DNA of 64,000 nucleotides from an uncultured Thermoleophilia bacterium (GTDB lineage Bacteria > Actinomycetota > Thermoleophilia > UBA2241): positions 352,001 to 416,000 of the forward strand of contig CAVPCT010000005.1 of the NCBI GenBank assembly GCA_963702475.1, read 5' to 3'. Below, piece after piece: positions 10,168-20,746 of this stretch (positions within the stretch are counted from its first letter, which is position 1; each line of letters begins with the position of its first letter). The position numbers and the translations under genes are program-made. The notes below the pieces were generated by a model. That model was not told the origin of the DNA, made no database searches, and was given only the letters and a program-made list of their open reading frames with translations.

Positions 10168-11573
10168 TTGAGCAGCAAGGTACGCACCCGTCTCGGCGAC
10201 GGGTCGCTCGTCGAGATGACGCCCGGGGAGATCCGCGCCGACCTCGAGGCCGGCACCGAGCTCGGGGCCAGGCGGTCCAAGGCGCCGCAACTCACCTCCG
10301 CCGAGCTCGACCAGCTGCAGGACATCTTCACCACCGAGGCCAAGTTCAGCGCCGTCGACATGGGCGACGAGGTCGTCCTCAGCTTCGACGGCTCAGGCAA
10401 TCTGGACTCGGGCACACGTGTCGACGAGCTCTACAGCTACCAGTGCCACCGCGGCGCCGACATGCTGGAGCTCTTCGGCATCGACTACTCGTACAAGGCC
10501 GTGAAGACCATCCTGAGCTACGAAGCGCAGGCGATGAAGACGGCCCAGCTCAACCTCATCGCGCCGCTGCAGTACGGCGCGATGCCGGACCTCGGCCGGT
10601 ACTCGATGCCGGACGGCCCGATCCCCAACTGGTCCGAGCTCATGCCCAGGGCCGCATCCCGGAGGCGCGCGACGCGCAGGTGGCGGCCATCGAGCTGGCC
10701 GTCGCCGACATGATCTTCTGCGCCGAGGGCATGTGGGAGGCCGGCGCGGACGGCCTGGACTTCGACACGGCCGGGGCCGCCGGCGACGGGGACTTCCTGG
10801 CGGCCCTCACCGCCATCGAGGCCATCAAGGGCCGCTACCCGGACTGCGGCATCGAGCTCGGCATGGCCAGTGAGTACGTGCTGGGCATGCACGGCGAGCT
10901 CGAGTACAAGGGCCGGCGTCTGGCCGGCATGTGGCCGGTCGAGCAGGTCAAGGTCGCACAGGAGGCCGGCGCCACCATGTTCGGGCCGGCTGTCAACGTG
11001 AACACCACGAGGAGCGTGGCCTGGAACGTGGCCCGCGCCTGCACGATCATCAAGCCCTGCATGGAGGTCGCCGAGATCCCCGTGCACCCCAACGTGGGCA
11101 TGGGCGTCGGCGGCGTACCCATGAGCCCCTACCCCCCGGCCGACGCCGTCTCGCGCGTCTCGCGCGCCCTCGTCGACATCCTGCAGCTGCGACGGGTTGT
11201 AGGTCGGCGTGGGTGACCCTCTGGGCATGGCGTGCACGCACGCGCTGGCCTCGGGCATGGGAGGGATGCGGGCCGCCGGAGACCTGGTGGGCCGCATGCA
11301 GATGACCCGGGGCATGCGTCTCGAGGACGCCAAGACCTACGTGGCCGGCAAGCTCGGCTGTGCCGTCGCGGACCTGGCCGACCCCATCGCCATGCACGAC
11401 GTGCGCCGCGACCTCGGCCTGGGCCGCATCACGGTGCAGGAGCTCACCTACCCACGCACGCCGGCGCGATGGAAGCCAAGTTCCGCATCGCCGACGTGCT
11501 GGACGTGCCCATCAACAGCGTGACGCGCTTCGCCGAGAACGCGAAGCTGACGACGACAGGAGGACGGGTGTGA
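10168..11573 (+). CDS. mtbB: MtbB paralog 2, pyrrolysine-containing (TAG 11200-11202); frameshifts near 10648, 11189, 11455
   Basis: Colinear with the first mtbB across ORF fragments; GAC GGG TTG TAG GTC GGC GTG GGT GAC = DGL*VGVGD. Confidence 0.85.
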
Positions 11574-13051
11574 AACGGAACCTGCAGGTCGGAGGCGGCC
11601 GCAGCCGGGGGCTCAGCTTCTCCGTGTTCACCGAGACGGAGCTCGACCAGATCCACTACGCGACGCTCGAGGTCCTGGAGCGCACCGGCATCTTCGTCGA
11701 GGACGACGAGGCGCTGGACATCTTCAAGGACGGCGGCTGCCGGGTCGACCGCGAGCACCGGGTGGTGCGCATCCCGCCGCACGTGGTGGAGGACGCGATC
11801 CGCAGCGCCCCGAGCAAGTACGTGCTCTGCGGGCGCGACCCGAAGAACGACTTCCTCATGGAGCCGGGGCGCGTGGCGTTCACCAACTTCAGCGAGGGCA
11901 TCGCCGTGATCGACCTCGAGAGCGGCGAGCACCGCAACTGCACCCTGGAGGACGTAGCGACGATCGCGCGCCTCAACGACTACCTCCCGAGTTCGACACG
12001 CACGAGATCGCCGTGGGCGCCCGCGACGTGCCGCCGCAGACGGCGGCGGTGCACAACACCGAGGCCCAGCTGCACAACACCACCAAGCCGATCGGCATCG
12101 GCCCGCTCTCCGGCCTGGAGTGCCGCGCGATCCTGCAGATGTGCGCCGCGGTCGTGGGTGGCGAGGACGAACTGCGCGAGCGCCCGATCGTGTACGGCGG
12201 CGTGTGCCCGGTGAGCCCGCTCAAGCTGCCGCGCGACGCCACCGAGGTCATCATCGAGTGCTCGCGCTGGTGGATCCCCGACAACGTGCTAGAGCATGGC
12301 CATGTCGGGCGGGTCCAGCCCGGTCACCCTTTCCGGCACGCTCGTGGTGCACAACGCCGAGGTGCTCAGCGGCATCGTGCTGGCGCAGCTCACCGAGCGC
12401 GGCTGCCCGGTGATGTACGGCTCGTCCACCACGGCCATGGACCTCAAGCTCGCGGCGGCCTCCGTCGGCTCGCCCGAGATCTGCCTGATCAGCGCCGCGG
12501 TGGCGGAGCTGGCGCGGCGCTACCAGATCCCGAGCTTCGTGGCCGGGTTGTAGGCGGACGGCAAGGTCGGTGACGAGCAGGTCGGTCACGAGAAGACCCT
12601 CACCGGACTCACGGCAGCGTTGGCAGGGGCCAACCTGATCTACGGTGCGGGGATGATCGAGTCGGGCGTCACCTTCGATTGCGCGCAGTTCGTCATCGAC
12701 AACGAGATCGCGCGCATGATCCGGCGGGTCGCCGAAGGCATCCGCGTGGACGACGAGAGCCTCGCCGTGGACGACATCCACAGCGTGGGGCCGTTCGGCG
12801 ACTTCCTCTCGCTGGACTCCACCTACCGCCACATGCGCGACCTGACCCAGCCGGAGATCCTGGACCGGCGCACCCGCGAGGAGTGGCAGGCGAGCGGGTC
12901 CCGCGACCTGTATTCCGAGGCGGTCATCAAGGCCCGCGGCATCGTCGAGGAGCACCGGCCGGAGCCGCTGCCCGACGACGTGGCCGCGCGGATCCGCGCC
13001 ATCGTCGAAGAGACTGACCGCGTCGCCGGCGCCACCGCCGGCGTCGCCTGA
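11570..13051 (+). CDS. mttB: Trimethylamine:corrinoid methyltransferase MttB, pyrrolysine-containing (TAG 12551-12553); frameshifts near 11990, 12290
   Basis: [17 protein letters not shown]; [32 protein letters not shown]; YGSSTT; VGSPE; [21 protein letters not shown] in frame with [12 protein letters not shown]. Confidence 0.88.
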
Positions 13052-13062
13052 GGAGGGGAAAG

Positions 13063-14663
13063 ATGGCCGCTGAACCGCAGCTGCTCGCCGGAGGGGGCGC
13101 GCTCGGCGAGGAGCGCAAGAAGCTCAAGAAGGTGCTGCACCGCTTCGACCTCGTGTTCTTCACGATCGCGGCGTTCATCAGCCTCGACACCATCGCGCGT
13201 GACGGCAGCCTACGGCGGCGGCGAGACGTTCTGTCTGGCTCGCCTTCCTCATCATCGTGTACCTGATCCCCTACGGGATGATCATCGCCGAGATGGGATC
13301 CGCCTTCCCCGTGGAGGGCGGACCGTACGCGTGGGTGCGTATGGCGTTCGGCCGCCTGGCCGCCTCGTACACCGCGGTCATCTATTGGGGCTCGAACCCC
13401 GTGTGGATCGGCGGCACGCTCGCGGCGACCTCCGTGGCCGCCATCAACAGCCTGATCCTCGAGGAGCCGATGAGTACCGGCTGGTCGATCGTCGTCGGCC
13501 TGGTCGTCGTCTGGGTCACCGTGATGCTGTCGATGATCGAGATGAAGTACGGCAAGTGGACCGGCATCATCGGCACCATCGTGCGTCTGCTGACGCTCTT
13601 CATCTTCCTCGCGCTCGTCATCGTCTTCCTCGTGCAGAACGGCAAGCCCGAGGGGACGGTCACGGTCGCGGACATGAAGCCGACGCTCCTGGGATTCCTC
13701 GGCGGTCATCGGCCTGCTGCAGTTCATGTTCGTCGGCTTCGAGCTCTCCAGCGGCGCAGCAGAGGAGATGACGGACCCGCAGAAGGACGTCCCCAAGATG
13801 ATCATCCGCTCGGGCCTGATCGCGGCGGCCATCACCGGCTCGATGATCCTGGGCGTGCTGCTCGTCATGAACGGCGACGCGCTCACGAGCGTGGCCGGCT
13901 TCACCGACGCCTACAACGCGGTGGCCAGCGTGCTGGGTGGCGCCCAGACGGCGTTCAACTGGTTCATCTGCGCGCTCATCATCATCACCATCATCAGCGC
14001 CGGCGGCGTATGGCAGCAGGGTGGCGTGCGCATCCAGGCCATGGCCGGCCTGGACGGTGCGGCTCCACTCTGGTTCGGCAAGTTCAGCAAGGCGGGCACG
14101 CCGCTCACCATGAACATCCTCTCGGCGATCATCGGCTCCATCTTCGTGGTGCTCGTGTTCCTCATCGCCGAGGGCAGCCTCGCGACCTTCTTCGGCATCA
14201 TGGTCTCGGTGATCATCTCGCTCACGGCGATGATGTACGTGTTCCAGTTCCCGGCCGTGATCATGCTGCGCAAGAAGTACCCGGACCATCCCCGGCCGTT
14301 CCGCATTCCCGGCGGCCGGTTCTCATGTGGCTGTGCGTCATCGGCGCCGAGACGATCGTGATCATCACGATCATCACGCTGCTGTGGCCGGGCTTGCTCG
14401 ACAACGCTTTGGGTCAGCCCTACGACATCAACTACTGGTGGGGCGTCTCCCGCGCCTACTTCGAGACCGTGACGCTCGGCATCGTCGGGCTCTTCCTGGT
14501 GATGGCGGTCGCGTTCTGGGCCATCGGCAGGCGCAACATCAGGAAGGGGCTCGTGGGTGAGAACGACCTGCTCGCCATCGACCCTGAAGCTGTGGCCGAG
14601 GAGCTCGAAGTACGGAGGCCGCAGCACCCGCATCACCAGAGCTGCGCCGCGAGGAGCGTGTGA
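13063..14663 (+). CDS. APC-family amino acid/amine permease, several frameshifts
   Basis: AEMGSAFPVEGGPYAWVRMAFG, FVGFELSSGAAEEM, LRKKYPDHPRPFRIPGG motifs spread over several frames. Confidence 0.82.
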
Positions 14664-16103
14664 GCGTGATCGAGCGGTCGACGACAGCCGATCGCGCCGA
14701 TCCGCTCGGACTTCGCCGTCCGCTTCCACGACGACGCGGCCATCGCGCCGCTGCACGATGCCACCCTGCGGCTGCTCGAAACGACCGGCATGCGCTTCGA
14801 GTCGCCCAGAGGCCGCTCGCGATCCTGAAGAAGGCCGGCGCCCACGCGGACGAGGGCTCTTCCCTCGTCCGCCTGCCCGCCGGCTGGTCGAAGAAGCGCT
14901 CGCGCAGGCGCCGCGGCAGTTCACGCTCGGCGCCCGCGACCCTTCCTGCGACCTGCAGGCCGGCTCCGGCTGGACCTACGGCACCACCGACGGCTGCGGC
15001 GTGGAGGTCGTCGACTGGCACACCGGCGAGCGGCGGGCGTCGACCAAGGCCGACCTCGAGGCCGTCACGCGCATGCAGGACTGCCTCGGCTCCATCAGCT
15101 ACTGGTGGCCCACCGTGAGTGCCGGCGACTGCGGCGAGACGGCCCAGATCCACGAGATCGAGGCCGGCTGGAACAACACGAGCAAGCACCTCATGGGCAT
15201 GGTGCAGGGCGAGCGGCTCGCCCGGGCGGCCGTGGAGATGGCGGCCGCGGTGGCCGGCGGGCTAGAAGGACTCCGCCGCCGGCCCGTCATGAGCAACCTC
15301 ATCGGCACAGTCTCGCCCCTCATCCACGACAAAGACGGGCTGGAGGCCGGCCTGGTCTTCGCCGAGGCCGGCGTGCCGGTCTGCTACGTGACCATGCCCA
15401 ACCTGGGCACGACGGCCCCGGCCACCAAGGCCGGCGCTTTCGTGCTCGGCGCGGCCGAGATCGTCGGCGCGGCGGTGCTCCACGAGCTCGCCGCGCCCGG
15501 CAGCCCTGTGCTCGGCTCGATCATGCAGATCTACGCCGATCCGCGCACTGCGCTGACGATGACGACGCCGCTCGACGACCGCTGCCGCTTCCTGGCCACG
15601 CGCTGCTGCACAGCTTCGGCCTGCCTGCGCTCGGCCCGTTCGGAGGCACCGACGCGGAGCTTCCCGGCACCTGGCTCGCGGGAGTCGAGACCATGCTGCA
15701 ACTGGCTCAGCTGCCCCTGGACGGGTGCGAGCTGTACACCGGCATCGGCCTCACCAACACCTATCAGCTCTTCAAGATGGACATCTACCACCGCGCACGG
15801 CACGCCTTCCTCGACATCCCTGTGAACGACGAAGAGCTGGCCCTCGACGTGATCGACACGGTCGGTCCCGGTGGGCACTTTCTCGCGCAGCCGCACACGC
15901 GCAGGCACATGCGCGACGCGGTCCTGCGCGCCGTCAGCCAGGAGATCGCGGCCGACGGCCAGCACTACCGCGACCCAGTGGAGGTGGCCCGCGAGCGCGC
16001 CCTCGACATCCTGGAGGACTACCAGCCGGAACCGCTCGCGGAGGAGGTTCGCGCCGAGCTGCGCCGGATAGTCGACGAGGTGGACGCGGCCGTGAAGGCC
16101 TGA
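14660..16103 (+). CDS. MttB-superfamily methyltransferase, non-Pyl, paralog of 7783-9251; frameshifted
   Basis: TTDGCGVEVVDW, WNNTSKHL, GTTAPATKAGA, LALDVIDTVGPGGHFLAQPHTRRHM. Confidence 0.82.
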
Positions 16104-16119
16104 CGGCAGCTGCGCGGCG

Positions 16120-16929
16120 TCAGTCCAACAGCATGCGGTCGACGGCGAACGCCTCGCCGGCGACCTCGTGGAACTTCTGGATGAGGTCGCTCACCTGCAG
16201 GCAGCACTTCTGGTCCTGAGGCAGGTCGAGGACGATCCTGCCGGCGTGCATCATGATGAGCCGGTCGCCGTAGCGCAGCGCCAGCTCCATGTTGTGTGTG
16301 ACCATCAGCGTCGTGAGGCCGCGCTCCTGCACGATGGCGTCGGTGAGCTCCATGATGGTGGCCGCCACCTTCGGGTCGAGCGCGGCCGTGTGCTCGTCGA
16401 GCAGCAGCAGGCTCGGCTCGGCCACCGTGGCCATGAGCAGCGACATCGCCTGGCGCTGCCCGCCCGAGAGCTTGTTGACGTGCGTCTTGAGACGGTGCTC
16501 CAGGCCCATGTCCAGGCGCGAGAGCTGGCTGCGCATCACCTCGCGCCGCTTGTTGGTCACACCCCGGCCCAGCCCGCTGCGTTTCTGGCGCAGCAGCGAG
16601 AGCGCCAGGTTCTCCTCGATGGTCATGTCGGGCGCGGTGCCGGCGCGAGGGTCCTGGAACACACGCCCGATCACGCGGCTGCGCACGTGCTCGCGCTGCC
16701 TCGTGACGTCAACGCCGCCGAGCCGTACCGCGCCGGCCGTCACGGCGAAGGTGCCGGCCACCGCGTTGAGCAGCGTGGACTTGCCGGAGCCGTTGGAGCC
16801 GATGATGCTCACGAACTGGCCCGCCGGCACGTCGAGATCGATGCCGGTCAGAGCCACCACTTCATTGGCCGTGCCGGGGTAGAAGACCTTGCGCAACCCG
16901 CCGAGGGTGAGCGGGGCCGGGGCGCTCAT
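16120..16929 (-). CDS. ABC transporter ATP-binding protein
   Basis: GSNGSGKST, VFQDP, LSGGQRQA, LLLLDEHTAALDP. Confidence 0.9.
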   Translation of the reverse strand: MSAPAPLTLGGLRKVFYPGTANEVVALTGIDLDVPAGQFVSIIGSNGSGKSTLLNAVAGTFAVTAGAVRLGGVDVTRQREHVRSRVIGRVFQDPRAGTAPDMTIEENLALSLLRQKRSGLGRGVTNKRREVMRSQLSRLDMGLEHRLKTHVNKLSGGQRQAMSLLMATVAEPSLLLLDEHTAALDPKVAATIMELTDAIVQERGLTTLMVTHNMELALRYGDRLIMMHAGRIVLDLPQDQKCCLQVSDLIQKFHEVAGEAFAVDRMLLD

Positions 16930-17825
16930 GAGCGCACCACCTTCTTGCGGATGGTGGGCACCGACAGCGCCACCACGACGAGCACGGCCGTGAGCAGCTT
17001 GAGGTCGGTCGGGGCGATGCCGAAGCGCAGGCTCACAGCGATGAGCAGGCGGTAGACGATGGAGCCGCCGATGACGCTGAACAGCACCCAGCTGACGCTG
17101 CGCTCGCCGAAGATGACCTCGCCCATGATGACGCCGGCGAGGCCGGCGACGATGGTGCCGATGCCCATGCCCACGTCGGCGAACCCCTGCTGCTGCGCGA
17201 CCAGCGCGCCGGTGAGCGCGACGAGCGCGTTGGCGATGCCCAGGCCGATGATGCGCGTCAGCTGGGTGTTGGTGCCCATGGCGCGGATCATCTGCTCGTT
17301 GTCGCCGGTGGCCTGCAGCGTGAGCCCGAACTCGGTGTGCAGGAACCAGTCGAGCAGGTACTTGACGACGAGGGCGATGGCCGCCAGCGCGAGGATCAGG
17401 TTCCACGACACCATGGTGGCGGAGAGGAAGTCCCCGATCTTCTCGAACACGCCGTCCACGCCGAGCAGCGGGATGTTGCTGCGGCCCATGATACGAAGGT
17501 TGATGGTGTAGAGCGCGGTCATGGTGAGGATGCCGGCGAGCAGCTTGGGCCCGTAGTTGGTGTCGGAGCCGCCGGACTTGAGGAGCATGTGGAGCAGGCC
17601 GGTCACGCACCCGGCGCAGAGCCCGGCGGCCACCCCTGCGGCGGTCGCCGCGAAGGGTGAGGCGCCGTTGGTGATGAACATGGCCGTGACCGCCGCTCCC
17701 AGCGGCAGGCTGCCGTCCACGGTGAGGTCAGGGAAGTCGAGCACGCGGAACGTGATGAACACACCGAGGACCATGAAGCAGTACAGCAGGCCCTGTTCGA
17801 GCGCGCTGGTGACGATCACTTCCAC
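16926..17825 (-). CDS. ABC transporter permease (putative aromatic amino acid/TrpXYZ-like family)
   Basis: FRVLDFPDLTVDGSLPLGAA, GFADVGMGIGTIV, PTDLKL. Confidence 0.85.
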   Translation of the reverse strand: MEVIVTSALEQGLLYCFMVLGVFITFRVLDFPDLTVDGSLPLGAAVTAMFITNGASPFAATAAGVAAGLCAGCVTGLLHMLLKSGGSDTNYGPKLLAGILTMTALYTINLRIMGRSNIPLLGVDGVFEKIGDFLSATMVSWNLILALAAIALVVKYLLDWFLHTEFGLTLQATGDNEQMIRAMGTNTQLTRIIGLGIANALVALTGALVAQQQGFADVGMGIGTIVAGLAGVIMGEVIFGERSVSWVLFSVIGGSIVYRLLIAVSLRFGIAPTDLKLLTAVLVVVALSVPTIRKKVVRS

Positions 17826-17960
17826 GTGCGCTGTCTCCTCGTGTCCGGGGCCGGGGCCGCAGGCGCGGCCCCGGCCCCGGGAAGTCTACGCGGCCGCAGC
17901 GGGTGCGGCCAACCGTGGCTCGGCGACGGGTCCCCTGCCGTGCACGGCCTCTTCCGTCGC

Positions 17961-18979
17961 TCAGTACTTGTTGACGGCCTGGTCGATGAGCTCCTGCGGG
18001 ATGGTGACGCCCTGCGCCTTGGCGGCCTTCTCGTTGATGGAGAGCTGCAGGTTCTCAGCGAACACGACGGGGATGTCGGAGATCGGCGTGCCTCTGAGGA
18101 CCTTGGCGGCCAATGTCGCCCGCCTGCTTGCCGTGATCGTAGTAGTCGAATCCGTAGGCCGGCGACGGCGCCGCGCTTGACGCTGTCCGGATCGCCGGCG
18201 ACGAGCGGCATCTGGTTCTGCTCGGCCACCTTGACGATGGCCTCGAGGGCCGAGACGGCGGTGTTGTCGCCGACGACCATGATGGCGTCTGCGCGGCCGA
18301 TCAGCGACTGCGCCGCGGCTTGAACCTCGGCCGAGGTGCCGGCCGGCGCCTTGACGATGGTGAGGCCCATGGTGGCGGCGTCCTTCTCGGCCTGCTCGAC
18401 GAGGAACACCGAGTTGGACTCGCCGGCGTTGTAGACCATGCCCACGGCTTTCGCGTCGGGACGGAAGGCCTTGACGAGCTCGAGGATGGGCTCGGTCGGC
18501 TGCATGTCGCTGGCGCCGGTTACGTTGGCCGAGGGGGCGTCAGGATCGTGCACCAGGCCAGCGCCCACGGGATCAGTGACGGCGGTGAACAGGACCGGCG
18601 AGTCGGTGACCGCCTTGGCGAGCGCCTGGGCCGTGGGCGTGCCGACACCCAGGACCAGGTCGAGGTCGTCTCCGGCGAACTTCTGCGCGATGCTGGCCGT
18701 GGTGGCCATGTCACCCTCGGCGTTCTGCAGGTCGAAGGTGATGTTGGTGAAGCCGGCCTCAGCGAGCGCGTCCTGGAAGCCTTGAACGGTGGCGTCGAGC
18801 GCAGGGTGCGTCGCGATCTGGCTGATGCCGATGGTGTACGCCTGGCTGGTGGCGTCGGCGCTCGCACTGGGACTTGCGGACGAGGTCTCCTCCGTGGTCT
18901 CGCCGCAGCCGGCCACGAGCGCGGCAGCGATGAGGACCACGAGGACCAGGGCCGCGGCCGTCTTGAGGGCGCGGGACAT
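17961..18979 (-). CDS. ABC transporter substrate-binding lipoprotein, frameshifted near 18120-18160
   Basis: Lipobox LVAGC; IGISQIATHPALD; FTAVTDPVGAGLV; YNAGESNS. Confidence 0.85.
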
Positions 18980-19080
18980 TGTTCTCCTTTCGGATGCGAG
19001 ACGAGTGGAGCATTCTAGTTCTCACTACCGAGAGGTTACAAGCACCCGATGCGCGAGCGCGACGGGAATAGCGTACGCGC

Positions 19081-19119
19081 GCCGGGCGGGGAACCGCTCC
19101 CGCAGGCGCCCCGCCCGGC
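19081..19119 (-). terminator. Hairpin downstream of the third mtbB
   Basis: gccgggcgggg...ccccgcccggc inverted repeat. Confidence 0.5.
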
Positions 19120-19145
19120 CGTCAACGTTCGCACACGCGTCGTCG

Positions 19146-20549
19146 TCAGACCGGCGCGCGACCCTTGAGTCCCGCGCGCTCCTTGAACAGCTCCACGCAG
19201 TTGATGGGGATGTCGAGCGTGCGCGCGATGTTGAACTTGGCCTCCATCATCCCGGCCTCTGACGGGTGTGCCGTAGAGGTCATGGCGATCACGCCCAGGC
19301 CCTTGTCGCGGCGGATGGTCTCCATCGCCACGGGGTCGCTGAGGTCACGCGTCGAACAGCCGAGCTTGCCGGCCACGTACTGCTTGGCTTCCTTGAGTCG
19401 CATGCGCCTGGTCATCTGCATGCGGGCCACCAGGTCTCCGGCTGCCCGCATCCCGCCCATGCCGGACGCTTGCGTGTGGGCCGACTCCATCCCGAGGGGG
19501 TCGCCCGTACCCGCCTAGAACCCGTCGATCTTGAGGATCTCGACGAACGCCTTGCTCGCCCGGCTCGTGGCGTCGGCCGGCGGATACACGCAGTTCGGCA
19601 CCCCGCCGACGCCCATGCCGCAGTTGACGTGCACGGGGATCTCGGCGATCTCCGCGGCCGGCTTGATGAAGGTGATGGCGCGGGCGATGTTCCACGCCGT
19701 CGACTTGCCGGAGTTGATGTTGACGGCCGGCCCGTACACGCTGGCGCCGGCCTGCTGCACCATGCGCAGCTGGTCCCTGGGCCACATGCCGGCCAGGCGG
19801 TCGCCGTCGAAGGTGAGCTTGCCGTGCATGCCCAGCACGAACTCGCTGGCCATGCCGATCTCGATGCCCAGCCACGGGTACTGTTCCCGGAGCCTGCGGC
19901 AAGCGGTGAGGGCGGCCAGGAAGTCGGCGTCGCCGGCCGCTCCGGTGGTGTCCATATCGATGCCGTCGGTGCCGGCCGCCACCATGTGGTCGGCGACGTA
20001 GCCGATGTCGTCGATCAGCATCGCCATGGCGGCTTGCTGCGCGTCGCGGGCCTCGTCGATCCTGTTGAGCGGAAGGAGCTCCGACCAGTTGGGGATGGGC
20101 CCGTCAGGACGTGAGTAGCGCCCCAGGTCCGGCATGGCGCCGTACTGGATGGGGTTGGTGAGCAGGCTCTGGGCGATCTTCATGCCCTGCCCCTCGTGGG
20201 CGACGTTCACCTTGATCGCCTTGTACGAGTAGTCGATCTGCCAGAGCTCGACCATGTCCACGCCGATGAGCGTCTCGTAGCTCTGCAGGTCCTGCACGCG
20301 ATTGCCGATGTGCTTGGTCCCGGTGCCGTCGTTGCTCATCACCACTTCGTCGCCGATGTCCACTGCGGTGAACCGCGCCGGCGAGGCGTAGATGTCGAGC
20401 AGATGCTCGAGCTCGTCCTGCGTGAGCGTCGGCACCTTGGCCCGTTTGGCCGCGAGCTGCGTGCCGTCCTCGAGATCGGTCTTGATCTCCGAACGGGTCA
20501 TCTCGACCAGCGACCCATCCCCCATGCGGGTGGGGATCCTGGGTTCCAC
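19146..20549 (-). CDS. mtbB: MtbB paralog 3, pyrrolysine-containing (TAG at 19517-19515), 467 aa, intact
   Basis: GGAGGTGA RBS then GTG; [45 protein letters not shown]; the two ORFs are in the same frame. Confidence 0.92.
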
Positions 20550-20746
20550 CGCGTCACCTCCGTGCGTCGTCCGGACCCCGTTCGTGAGGGCGCGCGGCGC
20601 AGCGCAGCGCGGCGGGCGCGCTCCACTGCGCGCGGTCCGGGGGGTCTCCGCGGCTGACTCTACCGCAGGGCGCCGAGAGCACGCCACCGCTGCGACAGCG
20701 GGAGCGCGGAGCCCACGGCGGCGCCCGACGCGGCCGCCTCGCGGCG

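Noticed and set aside
12289-12293. Second amber codon in mttB (gtgcTAGagc)
   Set aside because: Out of frame with DNVL and at a frameshift site; better explained as an indel in CTG AGC ATG
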